Virus record (IMG/VR): IMGVR_UViG_3300045988_184219 | Direction: 5' to 3' (one strand) | Length of the DNA stretch: 64,000 bases | Origin: a virus | In this document: positions 58,987-64,000 of the stretch, one piece after another | How positions within the stretch are numbered: position 1 is the first letter of the stretch | How the letters are laid out: each line of letters starts with the position of its first letter | Made by a program: the position numbers and the translations under genes | Notes under the pieces: model-generated | Told to the model about the DNA's origin: nothing | What the model saw: the letters and a program-made list of their open reading frames with translations, nothing else | Databases searched by the model: none

Positions 58987-59592
58987 TCACTTTTCAGACG
59001 AAACAAGGATGTTTTTCTTGATTCCACTAATCGCTTCAAACAAGCGATCAAACGCTGCCTCTGTATCACCATCTAACCGATCTGTATGTCGAACCGAATA
59101 ATCGTCCAAAAGCACATTAGCGGCATCCAGAGCGACACAAAGAAAGTGTTCCGTCTCTCCACGATTGTTGTGCAACTGGTAGCGCGGAGCATAACTGTGG
59201 AACTCTGCCTCGGTCAGAATACCATCCAGAATCGCCTCGATAATTGCACGCTCAACGATGTCCTTGACATATTCGACCAAAGCACATCTCAGTTCCTCCT
59301 GACGGCATTTTCGTAGAGAGTCGAGTTGTGCCGAGAAAAGGTGGTACGGATCGTTTTCGCTCGTCAGAAGCTTTCCGTTGTGGGCAACATGAACTTCAAC
59401 AACATTGTCTTTGTCGTCTTTTACGAGGCGTGCGACGGTGGGGTTGTGGTTGTCCCCATAAAAAGTAATTGTGCCACATTCAAAACTGTGTTCCGAGACA
59501 GGCGAGCCAACGAGCATATTGATGATGTCGCCCTCAGAAATTCCTTTAGTATTTTGTGCGTCAAGAACGGTACGGATACTTTCAATAATCAT
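58987..59592 (-). CDS. paralog family I protein (201 aa)
   Basis: IIESIRTVLDAQ ... IEAILDGILTEAEF matches 59744..60361. Confidence 0.6.
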   Translation of the reverse strand: MIIESIRTVLDAQNTKGISEGDIINMLVGSPVSEHSFECGTITFYGDNHNPTVARLVKDDKDNVVEVHVAHNGKLLTSENDPYHLFSAQLDSLRKCRQEELRCALVEYVKDIVERAIIEAILDGILTEAEFHSYAPRYQLHNNRGETEHFLCVALDAANVLLDDYSVRHTDRLDGDTEAAFDRLFEAISGIKKNILVSSEK

Positions 59593-59743
59593 GTTGTTTT
59601 TCCTTTCTGATTGTTCAACAACTCAACCGATGGTTTTATTATATAACTTTTTTAGATAAGCCAAAGGGAGAAAATGACGGGAGAGTGGTTTTTCTTTCCA
59701 CCGACACATCCCGCCATCCGTTTGTTTCCTTTGGGCTATCAGC

Positions 59744-60361
59744 TTAATATCCTCTATCCGTGTGCTCCTTCAGAGCCTCCACAGACGCAACAACCTCGTC
59801 CATCCAGATCTCCATGTTCCGTTTATTCGCTCCGCCGTTCTCCATCGCCTCTTTCAGACTGGTTGAAACAGCGCAGAGGGTGCGGAGCGTACCGATGATG
59901 CTTTCGTTTTTAGACGCAAAGTCATACTTGACGGGAGGGGCAAAAAACTCATCCTCTGTCAGATAACCGTCAAGCATCGCCTCAACGACAGCTCGCTCCA
60001 TCAGTTCGACAACCTTGCCGATAAATGCGCCCCAACGGTCTGCGTCATTCAACTTCTGAAAGAAACGGAAGTCACCCTCATTGATAATGTGATGGCGGTC
60101 TCCTCTCTGAATGAGTGCGCCATTGACAACGAAGATGAGGTCGAGGTGGCGGGCGTGGCGGTCATAAATAAACTTAACCATGCGGTCAGAATGTCCATTT
60201 CCGTGAAACAGCAGATTCCCTATGTTATCACGAGCGTATTCAGCCGACTCATAGAGAATATTGCCCATCACCTGATTCAGTTTCTCGCGGTCGAACTTGA
60301 CCTCGCCAAAGCCGTCAACGCGCTGTGCGGAGATTGATTCGTTGATTTCCTTGATAATCAT
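59744..60361 (-). CDS. paralog family I protein (205 aa)
   Basis: IIKEINESISAQ ... VEAMLDGYLTEDEF. Confidence 0.6.
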   Translation of the reverse strand: MIIKEINESISAQRVDGFGEVKFDREKLNQVMGNILYESAEYARDNIGNLLFHGNGHSDRMVKFIYDRHARHLDLIFVVNGALIQRGDRHHIINEGDFRFFQKLNDADRWGAFIGKVVELMERAVVEAMLDGYLTEDEFFAPPVKYDFASKNESIIGTLRTLCAVSTSLKEAMENGGANKRNMEIWMDEVVASVEALKEHTDRGY

Positions 60362-60513
60362 TTGTTTTCTTCCTTTCTTCTAACAACCATTTCTTATTTT
60401 CATTATATAACTTTTTGCACACACAAAAACAAAAAATGACACTAACGGCAGTTTTCTTTCTACCGCCTGAGCCGCAATATTTCGCTTAATAGTTCCTTTG
60501 GTTCACTACTTTT

Positions 60514-60984
60514 CTACTTATACCCCTCCATTGTTTGTACAGCCTCCATAATAGCCAACTCGTCGCGCTCAAAACGACTTAAAACTTCAAAAAGCGTCCC
60601 CGCAATCCCATGCACGCTTTCAGACTTAATCCAACCACTAATCGACCGTTCATAGACACCATCAAACACCTTATTCCCATTCGCCAAACTAGGAAGTTCA
60701 GAATTGAAATAGAAAGCGTCCCGCAGGTCAGACTCCTCAACGATTTTTACGCGCTTACTAAAATAACGCTCTTTCAGGTAATCAGCATAATCTTCATCTG
60801 CCTTTTCCTTTACAGCCGCGACCTCAGCACACAATTCAGTATAAGTACCAACCACACCCTTTCCCACCCACTCTGCGACACACCATTCAGCATAGGTATT
60901 GCGGTCAAGAACAGGAACGGCGGCAAGTTTCTTATTGATGAGATTGATCTCTGCCTCGATTGCTTCGCGATTTTCTTTTGTCAT
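60514..60984 (-). CDS. hypothetical protein (156 aa; start at MTKENREAIE)
   Basis: SD AGAAAGGAAAACAAA before ATG 60984; first gene of a three-gene operon. Confidence 0.55.
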   Translation of the reverse strand: MTKENREAIEAEINLINKKLAAVPVLDRNTYAEWCVAEWVGKGVVGTYTELCAEVAAVKEKADEDYADYLKERYFSKRVKIVEESDLRDAFYFNSELPSLANGNKVFDGVYERSISGWIKSESVHGIAGTLFEVLSRFERDELAIMEAVQTMEGYK

Positions 60985-61013
60985 TTTGTTTTCCTTTCTG
61001 TTTAATCCACAAA

Positions 61014-61481
61014 TTAAGCCACTAATGCGACACTCGCGCACTGTACGCAAGCGCGAAGAAAACGGTCAGCCTCAACGAGTCCCATACTCTCCTGAGAGAT
61101 GATAAATCCATTGAGAGCAAAGACAACTTCAACTCGTTTCCCCGTAACGTGCAACAGCACATCACTCACATCAACCATCTCTGTGGTAGAACGGTCGATT
61201 CGGACGGAGTAAGAGGGATAGGGCTTAGTTTGAGCAGAAGGATAGTGTTCGACGATCTGAATAAAATTCTGGTAGACCGACGTGACACTCCACTCATTCT
61301 TCTCATCCGCAACGACCTCAGAGATGGTTTTGTAGACAGTATGATTTTGAAGAGTTCCGCCGATGTCGCCATTATAGAAAGGCTTATGTGTCTTATTGTC
61401 AGGCGTTCCGTGCCAACCGTAGATGTGGGTTGCGCCGTTGGTCTTAGCGAGTGTGCCGAGGGTTTTCTGGATGATGTTCAT
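61014..61481 (-). CDS. hypothetical protein (155 aa; start at MNIIQKTLG)
   Basis: SD GAAAGGAGAAAAACA before ATG 61481. Confidence 0.55.
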   Translation of the reverse strand: MNIIQKTLGTLAKTNGATHIYGWHGTPDNKTHKPFYNGDIGGTLQNHTVYKTISEVVADEKNEWSVTSVYQNFIQIVEHYPSAQTKPYPSYSVRIDRSTTEMVDVSDVLLHVTGKRVEVVFALNGFIISQESMGLVEADRFLRACVQCASVALVA

Positions 61482-61494
61482 TGTTTTTCTCCTT

Positions 61495-61947
61495 TCAAGC
61501 AAGCGCGATAATACAGAATCGCTGGAACAACTCAATAGCTTTATCTTCTTTGACAACATTTAAATCGTCAGAGATAAGAAAACCTTCTGTCCGAACCTCG
61601 ATTTCTTCCGAACCTGCGATGGGGGTGAGTTCTATAACCTCAAGACTAGGGCGGTTAATATCAGGAGAGATCTCAACACGGAATCCGTGCTCGAAAACAC
61701 TGTATTGGACACGAACAATTCCTTTGAGTGTTTTAATGCCGATACGCCAAGAGTAGCGTTCCTCCTTGATCGCACGAAGGAATGAAGCGAGAGAAGGTGT
61801 GCCGTTGAGTATTTCTCCGCGAGGAGCCTCATCTTCGAGTACGCCACGCTCATAATCGGGCTGGTGAGGTAGGCGGTGGTCGTAGATGTACTTAATGATG
61901 TCCAAAGAGGAGATGAATGAGTGGATGGCGGAGTGAAGTTTTGTCAT
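61495..61947 (-). CDS. hypothetical protein (150 aa)
   Basis: SD AGAAAGGATAG before ATG 61947; cassette block 61975-62005. Confidence 0.55.
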   Translation of the reverse strand: MTKLHSAIHSFISSLDIIKYIYDHRLPHQPDYERGVLEDEAPRGEILNGTPSLASFLRAIKEERYSWRIGIKTLKGIVRVQYSVFEHGFRVEISPDINRPSLEVIELTPIAGSEEIEVRTEGFLISDDLNVVKEDKAIELFQRFCIIALA

Positions 61948-62074
61948 TTTTTTCTATCCTTTCTGTGAGAGATCTTTTAACAACTCTTGATAGATTTATT
62001 ATATAGCTTTTTACTAGACCAAAAGAGAAAAACGACACGCGAACAAGATTTTGTTTCTTGTAGGTGTGTCGTTT

Positions 62075-62270
62075 GTTTCAATCCGCGCACTCCATACAGA
62101 GTGCGATTTTGCGCTCAATGGCTTTATTGTCTCTCAGGTTTCAATCCGCGCACCCACGAAGGGTGCGATGGGCATAATTTCAACCCACACTACCTATACG
62201 GGTAGTGTTCTCTTTACACTGAGCACAATAGAATCGGGTTTCAATCCGCACGCCCTATACGGGGCGTGAT
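62075..62270 (-). CRISPR. mini CRISPR-like array, type I-C-like repeats: R1 62075-62107, spacer 62108-62137 (30 nt), R2 62138-62169, degenerate repeat ~62178-62207, spacer ~62208-62237, R3 62238-62270 (leader-proximal)
   Basis: Minus-strand repeats ATCGCACTCTGTATGGAGTGCGCGGATTGAAAC / ATCGCACCCTTCGTGGGTGCGCGGATTGAAAC / ATCACGCCCCGTATAGGGCGTGCGGATTGAAAC; constant GCGGATTGAAAC handle, hairpin stems kept by compensatory changes; no cas genes in the window. Confidence 0.55.
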
Positions 62271-62602
62271 GGCAACACATAGCAAAATTAACCAAATCCG
62301 CGCACTCACTACTCCACTCACCCATCAAAATCGACGTAATTTAGGAAATCCATTCCCGATCACGCATCCTTGCGTCGATCCTCTCCGAGAGAAACGTGTC
62401 GATTTTATGTTCGTTTAGGATTCGCACTAAAACTGTCCTTTGGCTAATCCAACCGTCATTTTTGTGTTGCGGTTGCAAGATTTCGGTCGCCACCGCCAAA
62501 CGACCTTCTTTTGGTCAAATTCACGTCGCCCAACCAAGCGACGGGTTCGACCTTGCTAGACAATCAACGGTCTCACCGAACCTTTCCCATTGGTCTATTA
62601 AC
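62271..62602 (-). other. conserved ~330-nt leader-like element (copy 3 of 3) adjacent to the mini-array
   Basis: GGCAACACATAG ... CGCATCCTTGCGTCGATCCTCTCCGAGAGAAA ... GCGGTTGCAAGATTTCGGTCGCC ... shared with copies at 7707 and 22093. Confidence 0.5.
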
Positions 62603-62702
62603 AAAACATCATTTACAGAGAGTGTAGCACAGATTCAAAAGAGTTTCCTGCAAAAAAGAAAAACCAACACATGATTTTTAAAATATGTGTTGGTTCTCGA
62701 CA

Positions 62703-63032
62703 TCAATCCGAAAGAGCAATCTTGAGGACGGAAACTGTCAGGGTCTCAAGGCTGATGAAGTGGTTGTATACCTCGTGGTATCCAGCATCATGCCCAGACT
62801 CCCACGCTTCGGCGAAAACTTCGTCGAAGATGGCGCGACCTCTCTCCATGCCAGCGAACTCGGAGTTCTTAAACACCAATGTCTTAAACTCCTCGTAGAC
62901 CTCACCAAGCCTACGGTTGTAGTCCCGATGAACGCCCGTAATCCCTTCGGTTGGAATGAGGCTTTTGTCCATATGGATAGTCCCAGCCTTAACCTCAAGC
63001 ACTCTCACCTCATCATAGATGTCTTTCTTCAT
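62703..63032 (-). CDS. hypothetical protein (109 aa)
   Basis: SD GAAAGGAGCG before ATG 63032. Confidence 0.55.
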   Translation of the reverse strand: MKKDIYDEVRVLEVKAGTIHMDKSLIPTEGITGVHRDYNRRLGEVYEEFKTLVFKNSEFAGMERGRAIFDEVFAEAWESGHDAGYHEVYNHFISLETLTVSVLKIALSD

Positions 63033-63106
63033 TTGTGAACGCTCCTTTCAAAATCAAAAACCAAACATCTTCTTAAATTATAACACTACAGCACACTCCA
63101 AACAAA

Positions 63107-63481
63107 TCAAACAAACGAATAATCCTTCGCTAGAGAAACATATCGCTCCAATTCCCCGCCAATCTCACGGAGAGCGGCGACAACATCATCACGCACCAGA
63201 AAATCGATCCCATTTTCCTCGATCCACTCACGGACATCGCTCGTGTTATCCTCATAATCCACGCGAACATCAATGGGATTCGCGACCTCGAACGAGACAC
63301 AAAAGTTGGCGTACTTCTTGTTCCCCAACTTATTATAACCAGTGTAGAGCGTATACGCCCGAACACGATGATGGTCCACAAGAACCGTCCAATCATCATA
63401 ACTATCTCCCGTCGGGAGCGCCTTTTCAACAAGATATTCCACTTTGTCTTGCTCTTTAAGATCCAGCGCAACTCGCATCAT
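63107..63481 (-). CDS. hypothetical protein (124 aa)
   Basis: Long ORF; cassette block 63525-63550. Confidence 0.55.
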   Translation of the reverse strand: MMRVALDLKEQDKVEYLVEKALPTGDSYDDWTVLVDHHRVRAYTLYTGYNKLGNKKYANFCVSFEVANPIDVRVDYEDNTSDVREWIEENGIDFLVRDDVVAALREIGGELERYVSLAKDYSFV

Positions 63482-63663
63482 ATTTTATCAAACTCGCTTT
63501 CCAAATCAACATTCAACAATTTAACTTACATTTTTATTATATAACTTTATTAAGCGACAAACACGCAAAAACACGGTAGGGCGCAAACTTTCTTTTTGTC
63601 AGCGCACCACCGCTAACCGTTCCGTTCCTTTGGTCTATCTAAAATAACAATCCAACCAAAGCC

Positions 63664-63981
63664 TTACTTGATTTCGATAATCATGCCCTTACTGTCTAGA
63701 ACAACACTTTCCCCTCTCAAAAACTCCAACAAAAACGCCTCATCATAATATCCATTAAACGCAACAAGAGATACCCGATGCACATTTTTCCCAACATCGG
63801 AAAGCCACTCCCGCACAGCCTTCTCTACCTGTAAAATTAACGACTCTGATTCCCTCAAATCCCCACTAACCTTAACACCACACCCGTTGAGGGAGTATAC
63901 GCCTGTAATCCTCAGTTTCTCGGGATAAGACAGCGGAAGATCCTCCACATTCGAGAACGAGAGAATCTGCTCAATTTCCAA
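63664..63981 (-). CDS. hypothetical protein (105 aa), close to the window edge
   Basis: ORF to 63981; upstream region truncated by the window. Confidence 0.45.
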   Translation of the reverse strand: MEIEQILSFSNVEDLPLSYPEKLRITGVYSLNGCGVKVSGDLRESESLILQVEKAVREWLSDVGKNVHRVSLVAFNGYYDEAFLLEFLRGESVVLDSKGMIIEIK

Positions 63982-64000
63982 GAGCGTGTTGGTTTTTAAT

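Noticed and set aside
212-64000. Numerous + strand ORFs (60-180 aa) overlapping the minus-strand genes (for example 392..742, 1915..2184, 5345..5581, 23557..23841, 43966..44412, 52473..52889)
   Set aside because: They lie antisense within well-supported minus-strand CDSs and lack promoters and SD; treated as shadow ORFs.
1-64000. Integron / sedentary chromosomal integron cassette array
   Set aside because: The unidirectional small ORFs separated by conserved imperfect palindromes resemble attC-bounded cassettes. However, I could not find R''/R' core sites (RYYYAAC...GTTRRRY) in the expected positions. Each unit carries a full promoter and terminator, and no intI integrase is present in 64 kb.
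1-64000. tRNA, tmRNA or RNase P genes in the ORF-free islands
   Set aside because: No D-loop/T-loop (GGTTCGAATCC-type) or CCA-acceptor architecture, no tmRNA termini, and no RNase P CR-I/CR-V motifs were found by eye. This needs tRNAscan-SE or cmscan to be certain.

Overview
This window is a gene-dense, almost strictly unidirectional region: about 85 mostly small CDSs, nearly all on the minus strand, with an overall look of phage or mobile-element accessory DNA rather than chromosomal core. There are no rRNA or tRNA genes and no virion structural genes that I can see.

Almost every gene or short operon sits in the same intergenic 'cassette'. Read on the + strand, this is: reverse-complemented Shine-Dalgarno (SD) (the minus-strand SD is AGAAAGGAGG-like, typical of a low-GC Gram-positive host) - TTCAACAACTCTTGATG - TTTATTATATAAC (a TATAAT -10 box on the minus strand) - GACCAAAGGAGAAAA - a variable GC-rich hairpin terminator (often AACGGCAC...GTGCCGTT) - TTTTCCTTTGGTCTATC. 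The two CCAAAGG arms form an inverted repeat around the hairpin. I count more than 40 half-sites.

The coding content is dominated by tandem paralogous families of small proteins of unknown function. The largest has about 14 members (~190 aa, conserved C-terminal [YW]L..[DN]h.F..DG.I). A second forms an 8-member tandem array at 14.6-18.9 kb.

Recognisable genes:
- DNA cytosine-5 methyltransferase (4864..6141).
- P-loop kinase-like protein (1831..2385).
- Intact IS605-type TnpB (23464..24621).
- A second TnpB-derived protein that lacks the zinc finger and the RuvC-II glutamate and sits inside a normal cassette (43477..44823).
- NADAR/YbiA-family protein (30223..30699).
- SPFH/band-7 membrane protein (31385..32338).
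- SNF2-family helicase (52460..54193).
- A low-GC, opposite-strand XRE-type HTH regulator module with its own sigma-70 promoter (27736..28667).

The most unusual content is non-coding:
- (a) Type I-C-like CRISPR repeat units (consensus on the minus strand ATCGCACC..GGGTGCGCGGATTGAAAC). They occur as a 3-4 repeat mini-array at 62075..62270 and as two solitary repeats at 7675..7706 and 22061..22092, each abutting a conserved ~330-nt leader-like element. No cas genes are present. These are candidates for a virus-borne mini-array or an RNA anti-CRISPR.
- (b) Two paralogous ~720-nt GC-rich, ORF-free elements, each with its own cassette promoter and an intrinsic terminator (6436..7155, 36500..37232).
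- (c) A modular family of smaller independently transcribed ncRNA cassettes at 6188..6358, 8098..10698, 32810..33005 and 46275..46690, sharing blocks. One shared block, ...GGGGAAC..CCUCCUUUCUAAAACC, mimics a 16S rRNA 3' end just before the terminator.
- (d) Three consensus sigma-70 promoters on the + strand (TTGACA-16/17-CATAAT) with no ORFs downstream.
- (e) A ~470-bp array of ~110-bp tandem repeats sharing a TTTGGTC core (29690..30160).

All identifications rest on motif recognition by eye. Nothing here has been checked by a database or covariance-model search.
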